Shown: piece by piece, positions 11,504-21,763 of the stretch | Numbering within the stretch: the first letter of the stretch is position 1 | Layout: each line of letters opens with the position of its first letter | Notes under the pieces: generated by a model | Seen by the model: the letters and a program-made list of their open reading frames with translations, nothing else | The model's database searches: none | What the model was told of the DNA's origin: nothing | Position numbers and translations under genes: made by a program | Assembly (NCBI GenBank): GCA_044354435.1 | Contig: JBIKZZ010000001.1 | Span: 1 to 45,183 of the forward strand | Direction: 5' to 3' | Source of the DNA: Rhodoferax sp. | Lineage (GTDB): Bacteria > Pseudomonadota > Gammaproteobacteria > Burkholderiales > Burkholderiaceae_C | Length of the DNA stretch: 45,183 bases

Positions 11504-12292
11504 ATGCCCACTCTAGAAGTCAAAGACCTCACCGTCAATTACGCCATCAAAGGCGGCACCTTGCAGGCGCTCGCGCCCGTCAACTTGACCATGCACGACG
11601 GCGACTTTGTCGTAGCACTTGGCGCCTCAGGTTGTGGCAAGACGACGCTGCTGAACTGCATTGCTGGTTTTCTTCCGCCGTCCACGGGTGAAATTCTGCT
11701 GGAAGGCCGAGCTGTGGCCGGACCGGGCGCTGACCGTGGCGTGGTATTCCAGAAGCATGCGCTCATGCCCTGGCTGAACGTTCGCGACAACGTGGCGCTG
11801 GGTATGCGCATGCGTGGCATCGACGCTGTGACACGCAACCGCGTGACGATGGAAAAGCTGGCCCTGGTTGGGCTGGAAAAGTATGCTGACCGAGCCGTGT
11901 ACGAGCTCTCAGGCGGCATGCAGCAACGCGTCGGTATCGCACGCGCGCTGGCCAGCGACCCGGCTGTGCTGCTGATGGACGAACCCATGGGCGCTCTCGA
12001 TGCCTTCACCCGGGAAACGGTGCAAGAGATCTTGCTGCAAGCCTGGTCCAAGTCGAACAAAATGGTGTTTTTCATCACTCACTCAGTCGAAGAGGCGCTG
12101 TTTCTGGCCACCCGGCTGATTCTGATGAGCCCAAGCCCAGGCCGCATCACCCATACCTACGACAACGTGCCCTTTTCGCGCGAGTTTTTGTTACATGGCG
12201 ATGCACGCAAGGTTAAATCTGAGCCAGAGTTCATTCGCATGCGCGAAGAGGTGCTGTCCATCATCCACCATCGGGAGCCAGCCCATGTCTGA
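11504..12292 (+). CDS. tauB: Taurine ABC transporter ATPase
   Basis: [56 protein letters not shown]. Confidence 0.88.
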   Translation: MPTLEVKDLTVNYAIKGGTLQALAPVNLTMHDGDFVVALGASGCGKTTLLNCIAGFLPPSTGEILLEGRAVAGPGADRGVVFQKHALMPWLNVRDNVALGMRMRGIDAVTRNRVTMEKLALVGLEKYADRAVYELSGGMQQRVGIARALASDPAVLLMDEPMGALDAFTRETVQEILLQAWSKSNKMVFFITHSVEEALFLATRLILMSPSPGRITHTYDNVPFSREFLLHGDARKVKSEPEFIRMREEVLSIIHHREPAHV

Positions 12293-13100
12293 AGCCAGCA
12301 AACCTTTGAAAACCAGTGCTTTCAAAGTGCCGGGTGAGGGCAGCAGTGCGACCATCAGTGTGGTCACCGTTATCCTTATCTTATCGGCCTGGACCCTGGT
12401 GACGAACATGGGCTGGATCAAACCGATCTTCCTGCCCTCGCCACAGGCCACCTACCAGCAGTTTTATGAGTACCTGACCGGTGCCGCCAATGACAAGCCG
12501 CTGTGGCAGCACTTCGCCGCCAGCATGTTGCGGGTGTTTGCCGCCTTCTTTCTGGCCTGCCTGCTGGCCATCCCGATTGGCATCGCCATGGGTATGTCAC
12601 GCGTCTGGCGGGGCATCTTTGACCCCCCGATCGAGCTTTACCGGCCGCTGCCGCCGCTGGCCTACCTGCCGCTCATCATCATCTGGTTCGGCATTGACGA
12701 GTTGCCCAAGGTGCTGCTGATTTTCCTGAGCTGTTTTGCGCCACTGGCCATGGCGGCGCGATCTGGTATGCGCAGCGCCTCGCAAGAGCAAATGAATGCG
12801 GCCTACTCCATGGGTGCCAGCTACACCCAGGTGATTCGCCATGTGGTGCTGCCAGCCGCCATGCCTGAAATTTTGGTGGGCATGCGGGTGTCTATTGGCT
12901 TTGGATGGAGCACGCTGGTTGCCGCCGAAATGGTGGCAGCCAATGTGGGCCTGGGGCAAATGGTGCTGAACGCATCCAACTTTTTGCGCACAGACATTGT
13001 CGTCATGGGCATCATCGTCATTGGCGTGGTGGCCTATATGTTTGACCTGCTGATGCGCTGGATCGAAGACAAGCTGGTACCCTGGAAAGGACGTGTCTGA
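12285..13100 (+). CDS. tauC: Taurine ABC transporter permease
   Basis: [39 protein letters not shown]; overlaps tauB stop. Confidence 0.88.
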   Translation: MSEASKPLKTSAFKVPGEGSSATISVVTVILILSAWTLVTNMGWIKPIFLPSPQATYQQFYEYLTGAANDKPLWQHFAASMLRVFAAFFLACLLAIPIGIAMGMSRVWRGIFDPPIELYRPLPPLAYLPLIIIWFGIDELPKVLLIFLSCFAPLAMAARSGMRSASQEQMNAAYSMGASYTQVIRHVVLPAAMPEILVGMRVSIGFGWSTLVAAEMVAANVGLGQMVLNASNFLRTDIVVMGIIVIGVVAYMFDLLMRWIEDKLVPWKGRV

Positions 13101-14092
13101 TGAAACCTAATTTCTTTGCGCCTATCACGGGCTCCGTCATGCCTCGCTTTGCCGGACTGGCCACGCTGATGCGCCTGCCCTACCTCGACTTTGACCATGA
13201 AGCGTTTCCTCAGGTGGATATTGGTCTGGTCGGCATCCCCTGGGATGGCGGCACCACCAACCGCGCCGGCGCGCGACACGGGCCGCGTCAGGTGAGAGAC
13301 CTCTCCACCATGATCCGCAACGTCAACCGGGCCAGCGGCATCAACCCGTTTTCGCTGTGCAACTGCGCCGACCTGGGCGATACACCGGTCAACCCGGTGG
13401 ATGTGATGGACTCGATGGCCCGCATCAAAACTTTTTTTGACAGGGTCTGTGATGCCGGCGTGGCGCCGCTGGCCGTAGGGGGCGACCACCTGTCCACGCT
13501 ACCCGTCATGCGAGCCCTGGCCAAAAATGGGCCTGTCGGCATGGTGCATTTCGACGCGCACACCGACACCTGGGACGGCTATTTTGGCGGTTTCAAGTAC
13601 ACCCATGGCACGCCATTCCGCCGGGCGGTCGAAGAAGGCTTGCTGGACCCGAAGCGGACAGTGCAAATCGGTATCCGGGGGGCGCTCTACAACGACGCCG
13701 AGGACACCTGGGGCCAGCAACAGGGTATCCGGGTGATCGACATTGACGAATTCCATGCCATGGGCATTGAGGCCGTGATGCAGGAAGCCCGTCGCGTGGT
13801 GGGCGATGGGCCCACCTATGTCAGCTTTGATGTGGATGCACTGGACCCGGTCTACGCGCCAGGGACCGGAACACCCGAGATTGGCGGCATGACCACACTG
13901 GAAGCGCAATGGGCGGTCCGCGCATTGCGGGGGCTGAACCTGGTGGGGGGCGATGTGGTGGAGGTGTCGCCGCCGTTTGACACAAGTGGCAACACGGCGA
14001 TGGTCGGTGCGACCATGCTGTTTGAGATCCTGTGTGTCCTGGCCGACAGCGTGAACAGCCGCAAGGTTGCAAAGTCAGGCGTCAAGGCCTAG
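13100..14092 (+). CDS. Ureohydrolase (agmatinase family), guanidinopropionase GpuA-like; candidate taurocyamine amidinohydrolase
   Basis: GGDH, DAHTD, SFDVDALDP..APGTGTPE metal motifs; PWDGGTTNRAGARHGPR recalled as GpuA-like; TGATG coupling to tauC. Confidence 0.85.
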   Translation: MKPNFFAPITGSVMPRFAGLATLMRLPYLDFDHEAFPQVDIGLVGIPWDGGTTNRAGARHGPRQVRDLSTMIRNVNRASGINPFSLCNCADLGDTPVNPVDVMDSMARIKTFFDRVCDAGVAPLAVGGDHLSTLPVMRALAKNGPVGMVHFDAHTDTWDGYFGGFKYTHGTPFRRAVEEGLLDPKRTVQIGIRGALYNDAEDTWGQQQGIRVIDIDEFHAMGIEAVMQEARRVVGDGPTYVSFDVDALDPVYAPGTGTPEIGGMTTLEAQWAVRALRGLNLVGGDVVEVSPPFDTSGNTAMVGATMLFEILCVLADSVNSRKVAKSGVKA

Positions 14093-15629
14093 CCAGCAAG
14101 GCGCTGCGCCGGCGCGTCCCACGTGCCTGTGCCAACTCATCCACCGCCATGCCGAGAGCACGGATACCTTCGCCAATTTGATCGGCGGCAATAGACGACA
14201 AACGCAGGCGAAAGTAGGGGCAGGGGTAAGGTGGGCTGATAAAGAACACCTCGCCAGCCTCAATCAGCACGCCATGGCTGCGCGCCATCAGGGCCAACTC
14301 AGACGAATCGATCCAGTCAGGCGCACGCACCCACACCGAGGCCCCACCGGAGGGCAATTGAAACTCGAAGTCGGGCAGGTACTGCGCCAGGGCCCGGGCC
14401 ACCAAGGCCATGCGCTCCTGCATCGCCTGATTGACTTTGCGCGCGTGAGCATCGTGGTGCCCCAGCGACAGAAACAGGGCAAAGGCGTGCTGCAAAAAAG
14501 CGCTGGGGTGCCGGACCATGGCGTGGCGCAACTCACGCAGTTCCGCAATCAAGGCACGTGGCGCGACGATATAACCCAGCCGCAGCGACGGCGACAGGCT
14601 TTTGGACACCGAGCCCACATAGATCACCCGACCCGATTTGTCCATGCTCTTGAGCGCCGGCATCGGCTCGCCCTCGTACAGGTTTTCGGCTTCGTAGTCA
14701 TCCTCAATCACCACAAAATCCTGCTGCTCCGCCAGATTCAAGAGCAAGGCCCGACGGCGCATGCTCAGGGTTGCGGTGGTCGGGCTTTGGTGCGATGGGG
14801 TAACAAAAACATAATCCAGCGCAGGCAGGGCCTCCACGACCAGCCCCTCAGCATCAACAGGAACCGGCACGCAGCGCGGCTTTCGCAGAGAAAAACTGTT
14901 GCGGGCGTGGGGATGGCCGGGCTCCTCCAAACCAACTCGCTGGGTCTCGTCGAACAGCGCTTCGGCCAGCAGGTAGTAGGCGTGCTGGGCACCGACTGTG
15001 ATCAGGATTTCTTCCTGAAGTGCAAACACACCGCGCTTGGGCAGCAGCCGCAGCCGAATCTGCTGGATCAGGTCGGGGACATCGTTGACTTCAAAATCCG
15101 GCGTCCAGTGCGGTAAATGCGAGCGCGCCAAACTGTGCACGCAGCACTCCCGAAAGGCCTCAGTCGGGAACAACTGCGGGTCATAAGTGCCATACACAAA
15201 GGGATAGGGGTAGGCGCTCCAGCGATCGGGCTTGGACAGGGTCCGCTGGTCCACCAAGGACCGCAGGACCCGGCTTGACCAATCGGGCGGTAGACCCGTG
15301 GGCTTGGCGCCCTGCCGCCCCGGCTCGTTTTGCCGGACCTCGGTGGTCCGCGCGTTCATGGTGACAAACACGCCACTGCGAGGCCGGGCATCCAAAAAAC
15401 CGTCGTCGACCAATTGGACATACGCCGCCGTCACCGTGTTACGACTCAAGCCCAGCACTTTGGCCAACTCGCGCGACGAGGGCAAGGGCGCACCGTGCGG
15501 AAGTCGACCGTCAAGGATCGCCTGCACCACGGATAGGCGCAGTCGCTGCTGCAGGGGCAAGGCGGGACCATCCTGCAGGCAGAACAGGCTTTCCCACTGA
15601 GCATGTCTGGGTCGTTGAGTATTGGACAC
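14082..15629 (-). CDS. tauR: MocR/GabR family PLP-dependent regulator, TauR-like
   Basis: GntR wHTH LPSSRELAKVLGLSRNTV; aminotransferase domain TPSHQSPT, IEDDYE, GSVSKSLSPSLRLGY; divergent from tauXY. Start uncertain (GTG 15629 chosen, ORF reaches 15740). Confidence 0.8.
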   Translation of the reverse strand: MSNTQRPRHAQWESLFCLQDGPALPLQQRLRLSVVQAILDGRLPHGAPLPSSRELAKVLGLSRNTVTAAYVQLVDDGFLDARPRSGVFVTMNARTTEVRQNEPGRQGAKPTGLPPDWSSRVLRSLVDQRTLSKPDRWSAYPYPFVYGTYDPQLFPTEAFRECCVHSLARSHLPHWTPDFEVNDVPDLIQQIRLRLLPKRGVFALQEEILITVGAQHAYYLLAEALFDETQRVGLEEPGHPHARNSFSLRKPRCVPVPVDAEGLVVEALPALDYVFVTPSHQSPTTATLSMRRRALLLNLAEQQDFVVIEDDYEAENLYEGEPMPALKSMDKSGRVIYVGSVSKSLSPSLRLGYIVAPRALIAELRELRHAMVRHPSAFLQHAFALFLSLGHHDAHARKVNQAMQERMALVARALAQYLPDFEFQLPSGGASVWVRAPDWIDSSELALMARSHGVLIEAGEVFFISPPYPCPYFRLRLSSIAADQIGEGIRALGMAVDELAQARGTRRRSALLARP

Positions 15630-15694
15630 GGCGATGGGCAGTATACGCAGCCGCTTGGCTGCCGGGTGCGCTACCTGGTCCGCTGCCGGGTGCG

Positions 15695-15726
15695 CTGGCT
15701 CGCTCGAATCAAGGCATCTGGCTCTA
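15695..15726 (+). promoter_or_regulatory. Candidate TauR operator, CTGGCTC direct repeats 23 bp apart
   Basis: CTGGCTC at 15695 and CTGGCTCTA at 15718 between tauR and tauX; a 15-bp repeat GCTGCCGGGTGCGCT also occurs at 15658 and 15682. Confidence 0.55.
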
Positions 15727-15785
15727 TATGTGCCGGCCAATAATGCCTATGCTCTTTCTATAAACCCATCCTCTAGGAGTGCCCT

Positions 15786-16187
15786 GTGTCATCGTCCCCC
15801 AACCGCGTCACCACCGACACGCTCGCCGCTTTCAGTGAAGCATGGAACCGTCATGACCTCGACGCCTTGATGTCCTTCATGACCGACGACTGCGTATTCA
15901 TGACCGCTGGAGGCCCAGACGCCTGCGGCGCCCGACACGCTGGCACCGAGGCCGTACGCAAAGCCTTCGCCGGCGCATGGGCCACCTTGCCCGACGCCCA
16001 ATGGCGCAATGGCCAACACTTTGTGCAGGGTGATTTCGGCGTGTCGCAATGGACCTTCACGGGTACCGCAGCCGATGGCAGCCGGGTCGAGACCGACGGC
16101 GTCGACATCTTCACCTTTCGCGACGGCAAAATTGCCGTCAAAAATGCCTTCCGCAAGGCACGACCCAATCTGCCCGCTGCTCAATAA
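15786..16187 (+). CDS. tauX: Taurine dehydrogenase small subunit (NTF2/SnoaL-like fold)
   Basis: AWNRHDLDALMSFMTDDCVF, WTFTGT, GVDIFTFRDGKIAVKNAFRK; AGGAG before GTG; precedes a DAO-family flavoprotein in a tau context. Confidence 0.75.
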   Translation: MSSSPNRVTTDTLAAFSEAWNRHDLDALMSFMTDDCVFMTAGGPDACGARHAGTEAVRKAFAGAWATLPDAQWRNGQHFVQGDFGVSQWTFTGTAADGSRVETDGVDIFTFRDGKIAVKNAFRKARPNLPAAQ

Positions 16188-16199
16188 GCAGGTAGGCGC

Positions 16200-17639
16200 A
16201 TGAGCATGACGCAAACAATGCAATTCACCGGTGGCGCGCCACCCACAGACCGAAGCTATGACCCGCAGTACGACCCGCTGGTCTCGGCGAACCCCGGCGC
16301 GGGGCGGGCCTATGCACCGACCTATTGGGTCGCCAGTGCTGGCGCCCCCCCCGCAGACGACGGCCCGATCTCGGCAGACATGGATGCTGACGTGGTGGTC
16401 ATCGGGTCAGGATCAACCGGCATGTCGACCGCGCTGTACCTGGCACAAGAGCATGGCATCCAGGCCGTGGTGCTGGAAGCCAACCAGACCGCATGGGGCT
16501 GCTCCAGCCGCAGCGGCGGTCAGGGTCAGAATGCCAGTGGCCGCTTGACGCGCTCGCAGTGGATCGAACGCTGGGGCCTGGATGTCGCCAAAAAGCTCGA
16601 CCGCGAGATTCGCACCGGGTTTGAGAACTTCAAGGCACTGACCGAGGAGATCGACTGCGATGCTACCGACGGCGGCCACCTCTACCTGGCACACCGGCCC
16701 GAGAAAATGGCCTACCTGCGCAACGAGCACCGGGTGCGCAATGAAACTTTTGGCTATAAGACTCGCATATTGAGCGCCGAAGAGGTGCGCCGCGACTACT
16801 GCGACGAGCGCGACACCGCAGGCGCCATGCTCGAAGCCGAAGGCGTGGGCGTTCACCCGCTCAAATTCACCTTTGGGCTGATGCGCAAGGCGCGGGCACT
16901 GGGCGTCAAGGTCCACACGGCCAGCCCAGTGCAAGGTTGGACCACAGTCAACGGCGTGCACCACCTGCGCACCCCGGGCGGCGTGGTGCGGGCCAAGCGC
17001 GTGGCGGTTTGTACCGGCGGCTACACCGGGCAGGGACTCAACCCCATGCTCAAGAACAAGCTGCTGCCCATCCTGTCGAACTCGGTGGTCACGCGGCCCC
17101 TGACGCAGGCCGAACTGGCAGCCACGAACTTCAAATCGCACACTTTTCTCACCGACACCCGTACCCTACGCTTTTACTACCGGCTTCTCAAAGATAACCG
17201 CCTGCAGTTGGGTAGCCGCAGCTCCATCACCGGGGCCGACGCGCAAGACCCGGTGCACCTGAAACTGCTGACCGACGCCATCGCGCGCAAGTTCCCGCCC
17301 TTGGCTGGCATCCAGATCGACTACTCCTGGTGGGGCTGGGTGGATGTGAGCCACGACATGATGCCGCGCATCAGCCGGCCCGACCCGGCGCAAACGGTCT
17401 GGCATGCGGTGGGCTATGGTGGCAATGGTGTGTCATTTTCTACATGGGCTGGCAAACGGCTGGCCGAACGTGTGGCTGGCAAGGACGGGGGCAACGAGGT
17501 GTTTCAGCTGCCCATCTACAGCTCGCCTCTTGAATACCCCAACCTGTTTGGCTTAATGCGGTCTGAGGCGTTTGCGCCATTCCGGCGCTTTGGCCAGTAT
17601 TTTCTGTACAAGTGGTATTGGTTGCGGGATGAGAAATAA
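16200..17639 (+). CDS. tauY: Taurine dehydrogenase large subunit (DAO-family FAD oxidoreductase)
   Basis: VVIGSGSTG FAD motif, WGCSSRSGGQ, HPLK, YSWWGWV, GYGGNGV; context tauR-tauX. Confidence 0.78.
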   Translation: MSMTQTMQFTGGAPPTDRSYDPQYDPLVSANPGAGRAYAPTYWVASAGAPPADDGPISADMDADVVVIGSGSTGMSTALYLAQEHGIQAVVLEANQTAWGCSSRSGGQGQNASGRLTRSQWIERWGLDVAKKLDREIRTGFENFKALTEEIDCDATDGGHLYLAHRPEKMAYLRNEHRVRNETFGYKTRILSAEEVRRDYCDERDTAGAMLEAEGVGVHPLKFTFGLMRKARALGVKVHTASPVQGWTTVNGVHHLRTPGGVVRAKRVAVCTGGYTGQGLNPMLKNKLLPILSNSVVTRPLTQAELAATNFKSHTFLTDTRTLRFYYRLLKDNRLQLGSRSSITGADAQDPVHLKLLTDAIARKFPPLAGIQIDYSWWGWVDVSHDMMPRISRPDPAQTVWHAVGYGGNGVSFSTWAGKRLAERVAGKDGGNEVFQLPIYSSPLEYPNLFGLMRSEAFAPFRRFGQYFLYKWYWLRDEK

Positions 17640-17750
17640 TTGAAATCAAATTGGCTGGCTGCGCGTCACGCGGCTATCCAGTAGCGTCGGCTGGCGGTAA
17701 AAAACCGAATGGCGCCATTCACATGGTCAGAGGGGCAAGTTCTGAATTCG

Positions 17751-18929
17751 ATGTCTTCTCCTCCTGAAGTTAACCGCCCACCTTTGCAAGCCATACGGGT
17801 ACTGGACCTCACCCGTTTGCTGCCAGGTCCCATGTGTACTTTGCACCTGGCCGACCTTGGCGCCGATGTCATCAAGATCGAGGACACGGGGGTTGGGGAC
17901 TATGTCTCAGTTCCTGTTCGCGAAATGCTCAATCGCAACAAACGAGGCATACGCCTGGACCTTAAGCAGGCTGAAGGGGTCGAAATATTACTGCAGATGT
18001 GCGAGCGTGCCGACGTGCTGGTCGAGGGCTTTCGCCCGGGCGTGATGGCGCGGCTCGGCCTTGGCTACGATGTGATCCAAAGCCGTAACCCCAGGCTGGT
18101 CTACTGCAGCATCAGTGGGTACGGTCAGACCGGGCCCCTGAGTCAAAAAGCCGGGCATGACCTGAACTACTGCGGCTTCGCCGGGGTAGCCGAGCAGGTG
18201 GGCATCTCCGGCGGCCAGCTGGCGCTGTCGAACCTGCCGATGGGCGACTTGCTGGGTGGCACCATGCTCGCCGTGATGGGCATTCTCGCGGCCTTGTTCG
18301 ATGCGCAACGCACTGGCCAGGGCCGGCACGTCGATGTGGCCATTGCCGACGGCGTGTTGGCGCATGCGGTGCTTCCGCTGGCCGGTTTGCACAGCGAGGG
18401 CCGAACGCCACCCCCGGGCGGTGACAAACTGACCGGAGCCTTGCCCTGCTATGGGCTTTACCCGACGCAAGATGGCCGCTATCTGGCGGTGGGGACCTTC
18501 GAGCCCAAGTTCTGGGCCAGGTTTTGCACCATCCTGGCTCGACCTGAGCTGACCGAGCACCACATACCCAAAACCCAATCGCTGTCCGATTGGGTGCGTA
18601 AAGGGGTGGGCGAGGCGGTTCGGGCGCACCCGCTGGCCTACTGGGTGCAGCTGCTGGAGGGCGCTGATTGCTGCGTCACGCCCGTGCTCAGGCTGGACGA
18701 GGCGCGGGACCTGCCGCACTTCAAGGCGCGAGACATGTGGGTGCAGGTGCAGACGGCCCAAGGTGAGCAAATGACCCAAACGGCGATGCCGGTGAAGATG
18801 ACGGGGTTCAATTTTGAAGTGCGCTGTCCGGCTCCCAGCCAGGGTCAGCATACGCGTGAGGTCTTGGGCGAGTTGGGGCTGGACTTTGCTGTGATCGAGG
18901 CACTGTTTCAGCGTAAAGTCGCATCTTAG
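17751..18929 (+). CDS. CaiB/BaiF family III CoA-transferase or alpha-methylacyl-CoA racemase-like protein
   Basis: RVLDLTRLLPGP, LADLGADVIKIE, NRNKR, EGFRPGV, ISGYGQTGP..AGHDLNY, GDLLGG. Confidence 0.88.
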   Translation: MSSPPEVNRPPLQAIRVLDLTRLLPGPMCTLHLADLGADVIKIEDTGVGDYVSVPVREMLNRNKRGIRLDLKQAEGVEILLQMCERADVLVEGFRPGVMARLGLGYDVIQSRNPRLVYCSISGYGQTGPLSQKAGHDLNYCGFAGVAEQVGISGGQLALSNLPMGDLLGGTMLAVMGILAALFDAQRTGQGRHVDVAIADGVLAHAVLPLAGLHSEGRTPPPGGDKLTGALPCYGLYPTQDGRYLAVGTFEPKFWARFCTILARPELTEHHIPKTQSLSDWVRKGVGEAVRAHPLAYWVQLLEGADCCVTPVLRLDEARDLPHFKARDMWVQVQTAQGEQMTQTAMPVKMTGFNFEVRCPAPSQGQHTREVLGELGLDFAVIEALFQRKVAS

Positions 18930-18958
18930 ATCCCGTCTGATTGCCCGCCGCCCGTTCA

Positions 18959-20005
18959 ATGAGTCGCCACCAGAAACCTCCCCAGATCCAGCACACCATC
19001 GCCATTTACCAGGTGGTGCAGATGCTGCAGGCCATAGAGGGGGAATCGGACCGTGCCGTGGTGTTGCGACGGGCTGGTATCTCGCCCGCCCTGCTGGAGT
19101 CTGCTCTGGCGCGGGTGTCCCAGATCCAATTCGCCCGCCTGATGACCGCGCTGGTGCGCCACCACCGTGACGAATTTTGGGGCTTGGGTTCCTCGCCCTT
19201 GCCTTTGGGTACATTCGCAATGGGATGCCGCATGCTGGTGGGACACCGCAAACTAGGCGAGGCCTTGCGCGCCGGGTTACGCTACTACCACGCCTTACTG
19301 CCAGACTTTGTGCCCCGTCTGCAAATCAGAGATGGTATGGCCTATGTGCGAATGAGCTCACGGCACGCCTTGAACGATCGCCAGACGTATGCGGTGCGTG
19401 TTTTCATGTTTCTCAGTTATGGGGTGATGTGCTGGCTGGCAGCCCGACGCATACCTGTTGACGAGGTGATCTATCAAGACCGCGATGTGTTGCGCCGTAG
19501 CGATGCTTCGCGCCTGTTTCAAGCGCCGACCCGACTCTCGGATGGTGAATGGGGCTACCGCTTTGCGGTCAAGTGGCTGGACTTGCCCGTGGAACAGAAC
19601 GCCGAAAGTGTCGAAACATTTTTGCGTGGCGCACCAGGATGTTTGTTGGTGAAGTATCGAGACCAAGCCAGCTTTACCGAGCGCATCCGACGCATGCTTC
19701 GGCGCTACCTGGCCGACGAAATGCCATCATTCGAAGCGGTCAGCGACATGCTGGCCACTACGCCGCAAACCTTGCGCAGACGTCTTCAACGCGAGGGCCA
19801 GGGCTACCAGATGATCAAGGACGCCTTGCGCCGAGACGTCGCCGTCGATTACCTTACCCAGTCCGACATGTCTTTGATCGAAGTCGCCGCACGGGTGGGC
19901 TACTCTGAAGCCAGCACTTTCCACCGCGCCTTTAAAGTGTGGACCGGCCTGTCGCCCGGGGCTTACCGCCAAGCACACAATGAGCCCATCTCTGTACCGA
20001 GGTAG
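18959..20005 (+). CDS. AraC family transcriptional regulator (OruR-like N-terminal domain)
   Basis: C-terminal TLRRRLQREG...VAARVGYSEASTFHRAFKVWTGLSPGAYR. Confidence 0.9.
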   Translation: MSRHQKPPQIQHTIAIYQVVQMLQAIEGESDRAVVLRRAGISPALLESALARVSQIQFARLMTALVRHHRDEFWGLGSSPLPLGTFAMGCRMLVGHRKLGEALRAGLRYYHALLPDFVPRLQIRDGMAYVRMSSRHALNDRQTYAVRVFMFLSYGVMCWLAARRIPVDEVIYQDRDVLRRSDASRLFQAPTRLSDGEWGYRFAVKWLDLPVEQNAESVETFLRGAPGCLLVKYRDQASFTERIRRMLRRYLADEMPSFEAVSDMLATTPQTLRRRLQREGQGYQMIKDALRRDVAVDYLTQSDMSLIEVAARVGYSEASTFHRAFKVWTGLSPGAYRQAHNEPISVPR

Positions 20006-20030
20006 TCTCCTTGCAAAGTTGGTATTTTTT

Positions 20031-20054
20031 GCCAATCATCTTGAGGTGATTGGC
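20031..20054. promoter_or_regulatory. Perfect inverted repeat GCCAATCA-N8-TGATTGGC upstream of the thiolase operon
   Basis: Read directly; function (operator or hairpin) not established. Confidence 0.35.
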
Positions 20055-20117
20055 GATTGGCAAGTGAGTGTTGAAGCTAGATACTTCAGGCGTATCGAAC
20101 CGTCTCAAGGCAAAGGC

Positions 20118-21311
20118 ATGGCCGTTCAAAACCGCGCAGTTTACGTCGTTGGTGTGGGTATGACCCCTTTCGCCAAACCAGGCGCCAGCCAGGCCTACAA
20201 CGTTATGGGCATGGGTGCGGCCAGGCTTGCGCTCGATGATGCAGGCGTTCCCTACGATCAGGTCCAGCAAGCCTATGCCGGCTATGTCTATGGCGACTCC
20301 ACCGCCGGGCAGGCCGTCATGTACGGTGTTGGGCTGACCGGCATCCCAGTCTTCAATGTAAACAATAATTGCGCCACGGGTTCAAGTGCGCTATTTCTGG
20401 CGCGTCAGGCGGTAGAGGGCGGCATGGTCGAATGTGCTATCGCTGTCGGCTTTGAGCAGATGGTTCCAGGCGCTCTAAAGGGTGCCTACGACGACCGCCC
20501 ATCGCCCATGGCACGGTTTACCGAGGCCATGACCGCCCATCAGGGCTACGAGCCGGCAGCCCCACGTGCCGCGCAATTTTTTGGCGGCGCCGGCATGGAC
20601 TACATGCAGCAATACGGCATCCGGGCCGATACTTTCGGCCGTATTTCGGTCAAGGCCCGTCAGCATGCGGCGCGCAACCCGATGGCGGTTTTTCGCCAGA
20701 CCCTGACGCTTGAAGAGGTCATGGCCTCGCCTGTCGTTTTTGGTCTGCTCACGCGTTACCAGTGCTGTCCCCCAACCTGTGGCGCTGCGGCAGCCATTGT
20801 CTGTTCGGCCGACTTTGCCAAAAAACACAAATTGGACATGCGCGTCGTAATTGCTGCGCAGGCTATGACCAGCGATAAGCTCACTTCCTTCGAGAGCAAC
20901 GACATGCGCCGCGTGGTCGGCTACGACATGACAGCCGCTGCTGCAACGCAGGTCTACCACGCCGCTGGGGTGGGCCCCGAAGACCTTGATGTGGTTGAGC
21001 TGCACGACTGTTTCACGACCAATGAACTCATCACCTATGAAGGCCTGGGCCTGACGCCCGAAGGCACGGCCGAAAAATTTATTCTTGACGGCGACAACAC
21101 TTACGGCGGGCGCATTGTCACCAACCCCTCCGGCGGCTTGCTGTCCAAAGGCCACCCCCTAGGCGCCACAGGTCTGGCGCAGTGCGCTGAGTTGGTTTGG
21201 CAGTTGCGCGGTCAGGCTGGCGAGCGGCAGGTCGAAGGGGCCCGTCTGGCGCTTCAGCACAACCTCGGGCTTGGTGGCGCCTGTGTCGTGACGCTCTACC
21301 AAAAAATCTGA
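20118..21311 (+). CDS. SCP2-type thiolase (lipid-transfer protein)
   Basis: VNNNCATGSSA nucleophile, ELHDCF, SKGHPLGATG, HNLGLGG. Confidence 0.9.
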   Translation: MAVQNRAVYVVGVGMTPFAKPGASQAYNVMGMGAARLALDDAGVPYDQVQQAYAGYVYGDSTAGQAVMYGVGLTGIPVFNVNNNCATGSSALFLARQAVEGGMVECAIAVGFEQMVPGALKGAYDDRPSPMARFTEAMTAHQGYEPAAPRAAQFFGGAGMDYMQQYGIRADTFGRISVKARQHAARNPMAVFRQTLTLEEVMASPVVFGLLTRYQCCPPTCGAAAAIVCSADFAKKHKLDMRVVIAAQAMTSDKLTSFESNDMRRVVGYDMTAAAATQVYHAAGVGPEDLDVVELHDCFTTNELITYEGLGLTPEGTAEKFILDGDNTYGGRIVTNPSGGLLSKGHPLGATGLAQCAELVWQLRGQAGERQVEGARLALQHNLGLGGACVVTLYQKI

Positions 21312-21319
21312 GACTCATC

Positions 21320-21763
21320 ATGATTGACCGCCAATACATCGGCCATGCCATGCCGAGCTTTGAGGTGCTGGTGGAAAAAGGCCGCTTGCACTTTTTCGCC
21401 AAGGCCACCGGCCAGACCGACCCGGTGTATTGGGATGAAGTCGCAGCCCGAGCTGCTGGGCATCCGGCCCTGCCCGTGCCACCGACCTTTCTCTTTTGCC
21501 TGGAGATGGCATCGCCCGATCCAGCCGCGATTCGGCATCTGCTTGGAATGGATTACCGCCGACTGTTGCACGGGGAGCAAGGTTTCACCTACCACAGCCT
21601 GGCGTATGCCGGCGATGTGCTGCGCTTTGAGCAGCGCATCGAAGACATCTACGATAAAAAGGGCGGTGCGCTTGAATTTGTGCTGCGCAAGACGCGTGTG
21701 ACCAAACAACGTGGCCAGCCAGTCGCCGATCTCCGTACCGTGACCGTCCTGCGCAATGACTGA
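21320..21763 (+). CDS. MaoC-like dehydratase N-terminal hotdog subunit (HadA-like)
   Basis: VEKGRLHFFAKA, PVPPTF, LLHGEQGFTY. Confidence 0.82.
   Translation: MIDRQYIGHAMPSFEVLVEKGRLHFFAKATGQTDPVYWDEVAARAAGHPALPVPPTFLFCLEMASPDPAAIRHLLGMDYRRLLHGEQGFTYHSLAYAGDVLRFEQRIEDIYDKKGGALEFVLRKTRVTKQRGQPVADLRTVTVLRND

Noticed and set aside
13100-14092. Calling the ureohydrolase speB (agmatinase) or a guanidine hydrolase
   Set aside because: Motifs and context favour a guanidino-acid hydrolase; no guanidine riboswitch or adjacent HypAB-type nickel chaperones seen.
17644-17655. AATCAAATTGGC after tauY, resembling the edge of the composite repeat
   Set aside because: Only ~11 bp match; the TCTAGCCC and GCTA-N9-TAGC core do not follow.
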